A stretch of 64,000 nt of DNA from Escherichia coli. GTDB taxonomy: Bacteria; Pseudomonadota; Gammaproteobacteria; Enterobacterales; Enterobacteriaceae. The notes beneath the pieces were generated by a model that worked only from the letters and a program-made list of their open reading frames with translations, had not been told where the DNA came from and made no database searches. Location: NCBI RefSeq assembly GCF_013315695.1, contig NZ_CP054353.1; one strand, given 5' to 3'. Below, piece after piece: positions 13,510 through 21,886 of this stretch; the first letter of the stretch is position 1; each line of letters starts with the position of its first letter. The position numbers were made by a program, and so were the translations under genes.

Positions 13510-15605
13510 CAATTTTTTACCGAGGTAGAAGCAAGGGCAAGAGGATAAACCGTCGGGCAACCTGCCTGGCGTAACAGTGCTGTCAGAACTGTCAGCGTCC
13601 ATGCAGAATCCACGATATCATCAACCAGCAACGCCGGACCTGGCATCAAAGGAGGGGTAATCACAAACGCCCCGTCGAGATTTTGACACTGGTGAAAACG
13701 GTTTTGCTGCATTTTCTGCGGTGGATTGTCCACGACTTTTTCAATGGCATCAATAAAAGGTAAGCCAAGTTTCGCCGCCAGTCGCCGGGCAAAATCAGGA
13801 ACCAGGTCGAGGTGCCTTAATGAAGGAACGCAGCATACCCAGGTTGGTTCAGGATGCGGATTCCAGCGTTGGCGAACCATTTCCGCACATGCTTCTACCA
13901 GCTCATCACTTAAGCGCCCCGTTTTTTTCTCCTGTGCTACCTGCTTTCCCCACCCGGAATCTCCCCAACGAGAAAGGATTCGCCCCGTAGATCCTTGTAA
14001 ACCCGCAGGCAAGTTCCCTTTAAATCCGTATTGCGTAAAAGCCCCAGCTGCCACCTGTTTATTGAGATTTAACGGCAGGTCAGCGTGTTTAATAAATAAA
14101 TTTGCCGCATGGAGTAAGCCGCTATCAATGTCGGGCGACAATAACGGATGCTGAAGACAACTGCTACATTTACCACAACGTTCGGCACTTGGCTCATCGA
14201 GTGCACGGCGCAGAAATTGCATTTTGCACTCCTTGGTCGTGATATAGCTTTCAACGTCTGCCAGTTCACTTTTTCTCTGATTCATCAAATGGTTAATTCG
14301 TTCATGATCAGGAGAAAAACTGACGATAGTTCTGCGCCATAATTTCTCGGTATACACCACAGGCGATGGATTTTCCGCTACCAATAATTTCAGTGCTTTT
14401 TCTATTTGCCCATAACGAAGATTCGTCCGTTGTTCAATGCCTCGTAGGGTAAGACCGTCATTCTCGCTAAGTACGTTGAGTATTTCATGAATTTGCGCCT
14501 CCGCAGGAAAGGCGCTTTCACGGAAGAATTGATGAATAGCGCGGTCTTCACCACCACAAAGCAATATGCCAACTGCGGAATCTATAGCACGCCCGGCACG
14601 CCCCACCTGTTGGTAGTAACCGACAATAGACCCCGGCATCTGATAATGAATGACGAAACCTAAATCAGGTTTATCAAACCCCATACCTAATGCCGTCGTC
14701 GCGACCAGCACTTTGATTTTATTTGCCAGCAGTGCCTGCTCCAGATATTCCCTGGCAGTATTAGAATCTTCCGCGCCTTCACAAGTCACGCCGCTGTAGT
14801 AAGCAAATGCACTGATACCATTTTTCCTTAACCACTCGGCGACAAGTTCAGCATCGCGAGTCGTCAGGGTATAAACAATTCCCGATTTGGAAAACTGAGG
14901 GATAACCGTTGCTAACCATGCCAGACGGGATGACTGTTCTCCTAAGACTAAGGCATCAAGCGCCAAACTTTCGCGAGCCAGCGTTCCACGCTGAATCACA
15001 ATGTCACCCAATTGCTGACGGATATCCTCAACAACACGGTTATTCGCTGTCGCGGTTGTACCCAGAACAGGGGTATTCGCAGGCAGTTGGCGCAAAATAT
15101 CTAATATACGTCGGTAATCCGGGCGAAAATCGTGGCCCCAATCAGAGATGCAGTGCGCCTCGTCGACCACAAGCAAGCCAATACGATCGGCTATAGGATA
15201 TAAAACCGTTTCGATAAAGTCCTGGTTTGCCAAACGTTCCGGGGAAACCAGCAAGCAATCGACCTCACCTTGCAGCAACTTATCGCTAATGCGCTGCCAT
15301 TCTTCCCTGTTTGTAGAATTCAACGTTTCAGCCGTAATACCTAACCGTTCAGCGGCGGCAACCTGGTTACGCATCAGGGCAAGCAAAGGAGAGATGATAA
15401 TTGTCGGGCCAGCGCCGCGATCGCGGAAGATTTTACTGGCGATGAAGTACACGGCACTTTTCCCCCAGCCGGTGCGCTGTACAACCAGCAGTTTTCGCCG
15501 CTGATTAACCACTGCATCTATGGCTTCCCATTGCCCTTCCCTGAAAGTAGCGGTGGTATTTCCTAACATCCGCTGTAAAAGCAATTCAGCTCCGTGCTTT
15601 TCCAT
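13509..15605 (-). CDS. RecQ-like DEAH helicase fused to a C-terminal ComF-type PRTase-like domain (PsyrT/RqlH-like)
   Basis: 698 aa. Helicase motifs TGWGKS, VVDEAHCISDWGHDFRPDY, LGTTATA, ATTALGMGFDKPD, YYQQVGRAGRA; CGKCSSC zinc-like motif; C-terminal segment with LLVDDIVDSAWT resembling the PRPP-binding loop of type-I PRTases. Confidence 0.8.
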   Translation of the reverse strand: MEKHGAELLLQRMLGNTTATFREGQWEAIDAVVNQRRKLLVVQRTGWGKSAVYFIASKIFRDRGAGPTIIISPLLALMRNQVAAAERLGITAETLNSTNREEWQRISDKLLQGEVDCLLVSPERLANQDFIETVLYPIADRIGLLVVDEAHCISDWGHDFRPDYRRILDILRQLPANTPVLGTTATANNRVVEDIRQQLGDIVIQRGTLARESLALDALVLGEQSSRLAWLATVIPQFSKSGIVYTLTTRDAELVAEWLRKNGISAFAYYSGVTCEGAEDSNTAREYLEQALLANKIKVLVATTALGMGFDKPDLGFVIHYQMPGSIVGYYQQVGRAGRAIDSAVGILLCGGEDRAIHQFFRESAFPAEAQIHEILNVLSENDGLTLRGIEQRTNLRYGQIEKALKLLVAENPSPVVYTEKLWRRTIVSFSPDHERINHLMNQRKSELADVESYITTKECKMQFLRRALDEPSAERCGKCSSCLQHPLLSPDIDSGLLHAANLFIKHADLPLNLNKQVAAGAFTQYGFKGNLPAGLQGSTGRILSRWGDSGWGKQVAQEKKTGRLSDELVEACAEMVRQRWNPHPEPTWVCCVPSLRHLDLVPDFARRLAAKLGLPFIDAIEKVVDNPPQKMQQNRFHQCQNLDGAFVITPPLMPGPALLVDDIVDSAWTLTVLTALLRQAGCPTVYPLALASTSVKN

Positions 15606-15707
15606 CTTTATCTCCTGCGATCTTTAGGCAGTGATTAGAACGGATTATTAGCAGGTAAATTTGCGAGAGAGATCAAAAAGATGAAGAGAGGAGATAAGAG
15701 AAATGAA

Positions 15708-15735
15708 TTACTGCGAGCAAGCTCGCAGTAATTTG
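15708..15735 (-). terminator. Terminator-like perfect hairpin downstream of gntU
   Basis: TTACTGCGAGC-AA-GCTCGCAGTAA at 15708..15731, about 14 nt past the gntU stop, with T-rich flank. Confidence 0.5.
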
Positions 15736-15744
15736 TCGCAGTAA

Positions 15745-17085
15745 TTAACTCAACAGCTGGAACGCAATCATCCCAACGATGGCACCAACAGTGCCGAGTA
15801 TGGTTTCCATCATGGTCCAGGTTTTCAGCGTTTCGGCTTCGGTCGCGCCGGTAAATTTACCGAACAACCAGAAACCGGCGTCGTTAACGTGGCTGACAAC
15901 AATCGAACCACCGGCGATACAAATCGACAGCGCCGCCATTTGCGCACCGGAGTAGTTCAGTTGTTCAATAACCGGCATCACCAGTCCCACCGCCGTTAAA
16001 CAGGCAACGGTGGCAGAACCCTGAATGATGCGCACTGCAGCTGCCAGCACGAAGCAGGTGATGGCAATCGGCAGGCCCATGCCGGTTAACGCTTCGCCCA
16101 GTGCCGGACCTACGCCTGAGTCAACCAGCACCTGTTTGAACACGCCGCCCGCACCAATCACCAGCAGAATGATCCCCGCCGGTTGCAGCGCGTGACCGCA
16201 AATTTCCATCACTTTATCTTTCGGCATGCCCTGACGCATTGCCAGACCGTAAATCGCCACCAGGCAAGCAACCAGAATCGCGGTAAACGGATGACCAATA
16301 AACTCGAACCATTCGTAAGCAGTAGAGCCTTCTGGCACAAAACGCGCGGCAATGGTTTTCAGCCCCACCAGCACCAGTGGCAACAGGATCAGCGACAGGC
16401 TGAATCCGAAGGACGGCATTTTGCCTTCGCCGAGATGCGGTTCGCTGATGTCGTCAGGAATATGCAACTCCACGTAGCGGCTGATGAAATTACCCCACAG
16501 CGGCCCGGCAATAATCATTCCCGGAATTGCCGCACACAGGCCAATCAGGATCATCCAGCCAAAGTCGGCGTTCATCTGCGATGCCAGCAGCATTGGCGCT
16601 GGTCCAGGCACCAGGAACGCAGCCGCGGCCGCCACGCCTGCAAATAATGGGATTACCAGCTTCACCAGGTTCGTACCGGTGTGGCGCGCCATTGAGAAAG
16701 CAACGCTAATCAGCAGAACAATCGCCACTTCAAAGAACAACGGCAACGCACAGACCAGCCCCGCAAGGCCGATGGCATAATGCGCGCGGCTGTGACCGAA
16801 GGATTTGAGCATTTTGACGGCAATCTGATCGACTGCGCCGGTTTCATGTAAGATCTTGCCAAACATGGCTCCCAGGGCGACAACCACCGCCAGGAAGCCG
16901 AGGGTGCCTCCCATCCCTTTTTCCATCGTCGCTGCGATTTTATCGAGCGGCATACCGGAAAAAAGGCCAGCCCCCATAGACACCACCATTAAAGCCAGGA
17001 AAGCGTGCATACGCGCCTTCATGACTAAAAACAGCAGCAGTAAAACAGACCCTACTGCTGTTAAAACAAGCGTTAATGTAGTCAC
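15745..17085 (-). CDS. gntU: Low-affinity gluconate:H+ symporter
   Basis: 446-aa GntP-family permease; annotated start is GTG at 17085..17083, 3 nt after the gntK stop (see finding on the internal hairpin). Confidence 0.9.
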   Translation of the reverse strand: MTTLTLVLTAVGSVLLLLFLVMKARMHAFLALMVVSMGAGLFSGMPLDKIAATMEKGMGGTLGFLAVVVALGAMFGKILHETGAVDQIAVKMLKSFGHSRAHYAIGLAGLVCALPLFFEVAIVLLISVAFSMARHTGTNLVKLVIPLFAGVAAAAAFLVPGPAPMLLASQMNADFGWMILIGLCAAIPGMIIAGPLWGNFISRYVELHIPDDISEPHLGEGKMPSFGFSLSLILLPLVLVGLKTIAARFVPEGSTAYEWFEFIGHPFTAILVACLVAIYGLAMRQGMPKDKVMEICGHALQPAGIILLVIGAGGVFKQVLVDSGVGPALGEALTGMGLPIAITCFVLAAAVRIIQGSATVACLTAVGLVMPVIEQLNYSGAQMAALSICIAGGSIVVSHVNDAGFWLFGKFTGATEAETLKTWTMMETILGTVGAIVGMIAFQLLS

Positions 17086-17088
17086 TAC

Positions 17089-17616
17089 TTATTTGCCTTT
17101 TTTAATAACCTCAATGGTGCTTGCCACAACACCTTCCAGCGGTTGATCGATATCCACCACCAGTACATCGGTTTCGTCCGCACCCGGCTCCTGCAGCGTT
17201 TCAAACTGCGTCACTAACATTTGGGTTTTAAAGAAATGGCCTTTGCGCGCTTTCAGGCGGCTTTCAATCACATCAAAATCGCCTTTCAGGTAGATGAACG
17301 AGAGATTCGGATTACCTTCACGCAGCAAGTCGCGATAGTGTTTTTTCAGTGCAGAACAGACGATCAGCGACACTTTATTGGTACGCTGCATGGCAAACGC
17401 GGCGTCGTTCAGCGCCTGCAACCACGGTTTGCGATCGTCGTCATTCAGCGGTTCACCAGACGCCATTTTTTCGATATTGCGCCGTGGATGGAGGAAATCG
17501 CCATCAAGAAACGCGGCATGAAGTTGATGCGCCACTTCACTGGCGACCGCAGATTTGCCGCTGCCCGATACGCCCATCAAGACGTAAATGTGGTGATCAT
17601 GGTTAGTCGTGCTCAA
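17089..17616 (-). CDS. gntK: Gluconokinase (thermoresistant)
   Basis: Protein matches GntK from (L)STTNHDHHIYVLMGVSGSGKS (P-loop); the codon at 17616..17614 is TTG, so the gene seems to use a TTG start; the ORF track extends 7 codons further up to another TTG. Confidence 0.9.
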   Translation of the reverse strand: MSTTNHDHHIYVLMGVSGSGKSAVASEVAHQLHAAFLDGDFLHPRRNIEKMASGEPLNDDDRKPWLQALNDAAFAMQRTNKVSLIVCSALKKHYRDLLREGNPNLSFIYLKGDFDVIESRLKARKGHFFKTQMLVTQFETLQEPGADETDVLVVDIDQPLEGVVASTIEVIKKGK

Positions 17617-17646
17617 AGTGGTGCCCCCACAATACAAGAATTAAAA

Positions 17647-17675
17647 ATGTTACGGGTAACTGTTATCGGTAACAT
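17647..17675 (-). promoter_or_regulatory. Tandem GntR operator half-palindromes in the gntK promoter
   Basis: ATGTTACGGGTAAC and TGTTATCGGTAACAT lie adjacent, 10-40 nt upstream of gntK; match the palindromic GntR operator ATGTTACCGGTAACAT. Confidence 0.6.
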
Positions 17676-17754
17676 TGTCCAGCCGGACAATATCAGAAGC
17701 AATATCCATCCGTGCCTTAAGTGTATAAGTGTGAGCTACTTCAAATTTGTGGGC

Positions 17755-18750
17755 TTAAATAGATCCGCCCGGTGACAAGGTGAAACCTAAATCTAACATT
17801 TTCGGTGTCACAGATTCGCCACGAATACGCGCCAGCAGGCGTTCAGCGCCAATACTGCCCATCCGCTCACGCGGCGTCAGTACGCTCGCCAACCGTGGTT
17901 CCATCACCTGACCAATGTCATGACCATGGAAACCGGCAATCGCCATATCGTCAGGAACTTTCAACCCCAGACGCTGGCATTCAAACGCCGCGCCGACCGC
18001 CAGGTCATCATTAGTACAGAACACGCCATCCAGCTGCGGATATTCCCGCCTCGCCTGGCGAATCAGTTCAATACCGGAAGAGTAAGAAGAAGATTGTTCA
18101 ACCATCACGCTATACGGCACCAGGCCTGCATCCAGCATCGCCTGCTCATATCCCTTCTGTTTGATGATAGTACGTTCGTCGAGGCGTGCGCCGAGATAGG
18201 CAATGTGACGATGCCCGCGAGCAATAATGGCGGTGGTCATCTGGCGTGCCGCTTCAAAGTTATCAAAACCGACGGCGATATCGAGACACGGCGACTGGCT
18301 GTCCATCAGTTCCACCACGGGAATCCCCGCCACTTCAATCATCTTTAAGGTGCGCGGCGTGTGCGTACGTTCAGTGAGGATCAGGCCGTCGATATTCCAG
18401 GAGAGCATGGATTCGAGGCGTTCTTGCTCCATTTCCGGTTTATAACCGTAGTGGGCCAGCATGGTCTGATAACCGTGCGCGTCGGTGACGCTTTCGATTC
18501 CGCGTAATACTTCCGCAAAAACCTGGTTGGTGAGAGAAGGTAACAGGACGCCAATCGCCCGGCTGGTGGCGTTAGAGAGGATATCGGGCGCACGATTGGG
18601 AATATAGCCCAGTTCATCAAGAGCGGCGGCAATCTTGCCGCGTAGAGCGACGGAAACCTGCTCCGGGTTACGCAAAAAGCGGCTGACCGTCATTTTGGTC
18701 ACGCCTACACGGTCAGCCACATCCTGAAGTACGGGTCTTTTCTTTTTCAT
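17755..18750 (-). CDS. gntR: LacI-family gluconate repressor
   Basis: 331-aa ORF; N-terminal HTH LQDVADRVGVTKMTVSRFL. Confidence 0.97.
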   Translation of the reverse strand: MKKKRPVLQDVADRVGVTKMTVSRFLRNPEQVSVALRGKIAAALDELGYIPNRAPDILSNATSRAIGVLLPSLTNQVFAEVLRGIESVTDAHGYQTMLAHYGYKPEMEQERLESMLSWNIDGLILTERTHTPRTLKMIEVAGIPVVELMDSQSPCLDIAVGFDNFEAARQMTTAIIARGHRHIAYLGARLDERTIIKQKGYEQAMLDAGLVPYSVMVEQSSSYSSGIELIRQARREYPQLDGVFCTNDDLAVGAAFECQRLGLKVPDDMAIAGFHGHDIGQVMEPRLASVLTPRERMGSIGAERLLARIRGESVTPKMLDLGFTLSPGGSI

Positions 18751-18973
18751 CGTCCTGAAGGTACAAAAGAGATAGATTCTCTTAGTTTAACACGGACGCA
18801 TCAGAACCTTCCCGGGGAAAACAGTGCTTGTTTACAATTATTAGATATACACTAAATCAATTGCATCGCATTGTGCTAACGACGCGGCAAAACCCCGGAA
18901 GCGTACATCAGCACGCGACCGGAGCGAGCGAGGAAGCCTGCAAAAAGGCAGGCTTCAAAGATGCCGTTGAGTT

Positions 18974-19669
18974 TTAAACTGGCGGCAGATCGAACAGTAA
19001 CACTTCGCTGTCGCTATCCGCATGAATGGCGATTGCCTGCTCATCCCAGATTGCCAGACCATCGCTGGTCGAGGCTTTCACGCCGTTAATGGTGACATTG
19101 CCTTTCACCACCTGGATCCAGACGCGGCGTTCAGCGGCAATCTGATGCACTGACTGCTCATCTTTCAGCAATGCCCAACGATACAGTTCCATATCCTGAT
19201 GCACTTTCAGCGAACCATCTCGCGCATCCGGCGAGAGCACCAGCTGTTTGCCCTGTACGGCATCGAAGCGACGCTGTTCATAACGCGGCGTAATGCCGTT
19301 TTCTTCAGGCATGATCCAGATCTGATACAGATGCAGACGCTCGGTGCTGCTTGGGTTGTACTCAGAGTGACGGATACCCGTACCCGCACTCATAATCTGG
19401 AACTCACCCGCCGGAACCTGCTCTTTATTGCCCATGCTGTCCTGGTGCTCAACAGTACCTTCCAGCACGTAGGTCAAAATTTCCATATCTTTATGCGGGT
19501 GAGTGCCAAAGCCCTGCCCTGCTTCAATCACGTCGTCGTTAATCACGCGCAGCGCGGAGAAGCCCATAAAGTTCGGATCGTAATAGTTGGCAAAAGAGAA
19601 AGTATGCCAGGAATCCAGCCAGCCATGATTTGCATGACCACGTTCATTTGCTTTGCGTAAGTAGATCAT
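18974..19669 (-). CDS. yhhW: Pirin-like cupin (quercetin 2,3-dioxygenase)
   Basis: 231-aa ORF with cupin His motifs (GFGTHPHKDMEILTYVLEG). Confidence 0.9.
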   Translation of the reverse strand: MIYLRKANERGHANHGWLDSWHTFSFANYYDPNFMGFSALRVINDDVIEAGQGFGTHPHKDMEILTYVLEGTVEHQDSMGNKEQVPAGEFQIMSAGTGIRHSEYNPSSTERLHLYQIWIMPEENGITPRYEQRRFDAVQGKQLVLSPDARDGSLKVHQDMELYRWALLKDEQSVHQIAAERRVWIQVVKGNVTINGVKASTSDGLAIWDEQAIAIHADSDSEVLLFDLPPV

Positions 19670-19791
19670 TTGTATTCGCCCCCTGAATGTTTTCGATGGG
19701 CTTAGTGTGGACCCGATCTGCCTGGGATGATAGAGGGTGAAAATTGACCCCTCTGTTCAAAAAAATTGAACTATTCGAGGGGCCATCAAAC

Positions 19792-20829
19792 TTACTTCGC
19801 GAGAGTCACTGTGGAGGGAGAGGCTTGCTCAAAACCGCGTTCAAGGATTTCCAAATTGGTAAGAACTTCAGATTCCTTGACGTAATTTGGCGCACCATTG
19901 GTGATGGTTTGGTACAACGCATCATAAACGCGCCCGTAATCGCCCATCTCTGGCTTCATCTCTTCTCTGACCGTCACGCCTTCGTCATTGACATACTCCA
20001 GCACACCGACCGAATCATCCGCTGCGAATCCTGGTTCGCCCGGCATAATATTAGCCTTCAGGCTGGTTTCCTGCTGGTCGATACCGTATTTAATAAACGA
20101 ACCTTTCTTACCGTGAACGATAAATTTCGGATAATCGATTTTCACCAGATGGCTGGTTTTGACGATGGCTTTTAGATCGCCATAAAACAGCTGCGCTTCA
20201 AAGGTGTCGTCCGGATTGGCTTTATTACGCAGGCTGCGGATGTCATAAGCGACGTGATCCGGGCGACCGAACAGAGAAATAATCTGGTCCATCGTATGCA
20301 CACCAAGGCCATAGAACGCGCCATCCTGCGGCAGCCCAGGTTTGGTTTCTGCCACCGGGCGGTAATAGTCAAAATGGCTTTCCACTTCAACAATCTCTCC
20401 CAGCTTACCGCTTTCAATCGCTTTTTTCGCCGTCAGGAAGCAGGAATCAAAGCGACGATTCTGATACGGCGTGACGGTCAGCCCTTTGCTTTTCGCCAAC
20501 GCAAACAGCGCCTTCGCCTGGGCAAGCGTCGGGGTGAACGGTTTTTCGACCAGCACATTTTTCCCGGCTTCCAGCGCGCGCTTCGCGTATTCGAAATGGC
20601 TATCCGCGTGGGTGCAGACGACAACCAGCTTAACATCGGGATCGTTTAGCACTTCGTCGAGATCGCTGGTGAAATGGATATGAGAGTAAATGGGAGCCTG
20701 TTCTTCCGGCTTCGCATGGCGGCGAAAAATATGCGCGACATGCCAGCTATCCTTGCGGTTAAGTACATACGGCAGATGGTAACGGGTGGTGCTTTTGCCG
20801 AAGCCAATAAAGGCGCAGTTGATGACCAT
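19792..20829 (-). CDS. yhhX: Gfo/Idh/MocA-family NAD(P)-dependent oxidoreductase
   Basis: 345-aa ORF; N-terminal Rossmann INCAFIGFGKSTTRYHLPY. Confidence 0.9.
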   Translation of the reverse strand: MVINCAFIGFGKSTTRYHLPYVLNRKDSWHVAHIFRRHAKPEEQAPIYSHIHFTSDLDEVLNDPDVKLVVVCTHADSHFEYAKRALEAGKNVLVEKPFTPTLAQAKALFALAKSKGLTVTPYQNRRFDSCFLTAKKAIESGKLGEIVEVESHFDYYRPVAETKPGLPQDGAFYGLGVHTMDQIISLFGRPDHVAYDIRSLRNKANPDDTFEAQLFYGDLKAIVKTSHLVKIDYPKFIVHGKKGSFIKYGIDQQETSLKANIMPGEPGFAADDSVGVLEYVNDEGVTVREEMKPEMGDYGRVYDALYQTITNGAPNYVKESEVLTNLEILERGFEQASPSTVTLAK

Positions 20830-20950
20830 GATTTCGTCCTTATTAAGGTGGTTATTTACACCTTAGCGCAAAGCGGATGTGGTTCCTACTGGAGTGCGCA
20901 TAACGAACACAAGCACTCTCGTGGATAAATTGAGAACGAAAGATCAAAAA

Positions 20951-21040
20951 AAAAGCCAGCACCCGGCTGGCTAAGTAATACTGGAAGCAATGTGAGCAAT
21001 GTCGTGCTTTCAGGTTCTCCGCGAGGGTCTTCCTGATCGC
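20951..21040 (-). ncRNA. ryhB: RyhB small RNA (Fur-repressed, Hfq-dependent)
   Basis: Reverse complement of 20951..21040 reads GCGATCAGGAAGACCCTCGCGGAGAACCTGAAAGCACGACATTGCTCACATTGCTTCCAGTATTACTTAGCCAGCCGGGTGCTGGCTTTT, the RyhB sequence as I know it, ending in a GCCAGC/GCTGGC terminator hairpin and U-tract. ORF-track entries 20852..21100 and 21010..21225 across it are spurious. Confidence 0.9.
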
Positions 21041-21042
21041 GA

Positions 21043-21065
21043 GACAATAATAATCATTCTCATTC
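21043..21065 (-). promoter_or_regulatory. Fur box overlapping the ryhB promoter
   Basis: Minus strand just upstream of the RyhB 5' end reads GAATGAGAATGATTATTATTGTC, a GATAAT/ATTATC-type Fur-box array. Confidence 0.6.
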
Positions 21066-21162
21066 GCACTTGTCCAACACTTTTTGCAAAAAAAATGCAT
21101 TTGACTCGCATTTGAAAGTCAATGATGTTGAAAGGGACATTTACCCCAAAGAGGACAAAGGA

Positions 21163-21651
21163 ATGAGTGAGATAGTAATACGCCATGCTGAAACGCGGGA
21201 CTACGAGGCCATCAGGCAGATTCACGCCCAGCCGGAGGTGTATTGCAACACACTACAGGTGCCTCATCCTTCCGATTATATGTGGCAGGAGCGACTCGCC
21301 GATCGTCCCGGCATCAAGCAACTTGTCGCCTGTATTGATAGAGACGTCGTGGGCCATCTCACTATTGACGTGCAACAACGCCCACGCCGCAGTCATGTTG
21401 CCGATTTTGGTATCTGTGTCGACTCTCGCTGGAAGAACCGCGGCGTCGCCAGCGCCCTGATGCGCGAAATGATTGATATGTGCGACAACTGGTTGCGGGT
21501 AGATCGTATCGAGCTAACGGTGTTCGTCGATAACGCGCCAGCAATTAAGGTCTATAAAAAATTCGGCTTTAAGATTGAAGGGACTGGCAAAAAGTACGCA
21601 TTACGTAATGGTGAATATGTCGATGCGTATTATATGGCGCGGGTGAAGTAA
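21163..21651 (+). CDS. yhhY: GNAT-family N-acetyltransferase
   Basis: ORF track starts at TTG 21070; ATG at 21163 with AAGGA RBS gives the 162-aa protein MSEIVIRHAETRDYEAIRQIH... Confidence 0.9.
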   Translation: MSEIVIRHAETRDYEAIRQIHAQPEVYCNTLQVPHPSDYMWQERLADRPGIKQLVACIDRDVVGHLTIDVQQRPRRSHVADFGICVDSRWKNRGVASALMREMIDMCDNWLRVDRIELTVFVDNAPAIKVYKKFGFKIEGTGKKYALRNGEYVDAYYMARVK

Positions 21652-21886
21652 GATAGTGCCCTTTTTCTGAGATGGAAAAAGGGCGTCATTCAAAATCGGC
21701 ATATCTTCCTTTAATGTATTTATTTGCCCAATAAATATATTGAGATTTACCTCATAATTACGTCCTAAAGTGTAATATTTTATTATTAATATATACGCCT
21801 ACAATTTCCTGGAGTAAATAAATAACAATTAACAAGCATAATAGTGCCATTAATAAAATAGCATGCCATAAAAGGACTTTTCAGGG

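Noticed and set aside
18933-18956. Perfect 9-bp hairpin (GAAGCCTGC-N6-GCAGGCTTC) downstream of yhhW
   Set aside because: No U-tract on either strand, so not called as an intrinsic terminator; possibly a Rho-dependent or stabilising structure.
20852-21225. Two minus-strand ORFs (82 and 71 aa) between yhhX and yhhY
   Set aside because: They cover the RyhB sRNA and its Fur-regulated promoter; the RNA gene explains the region.
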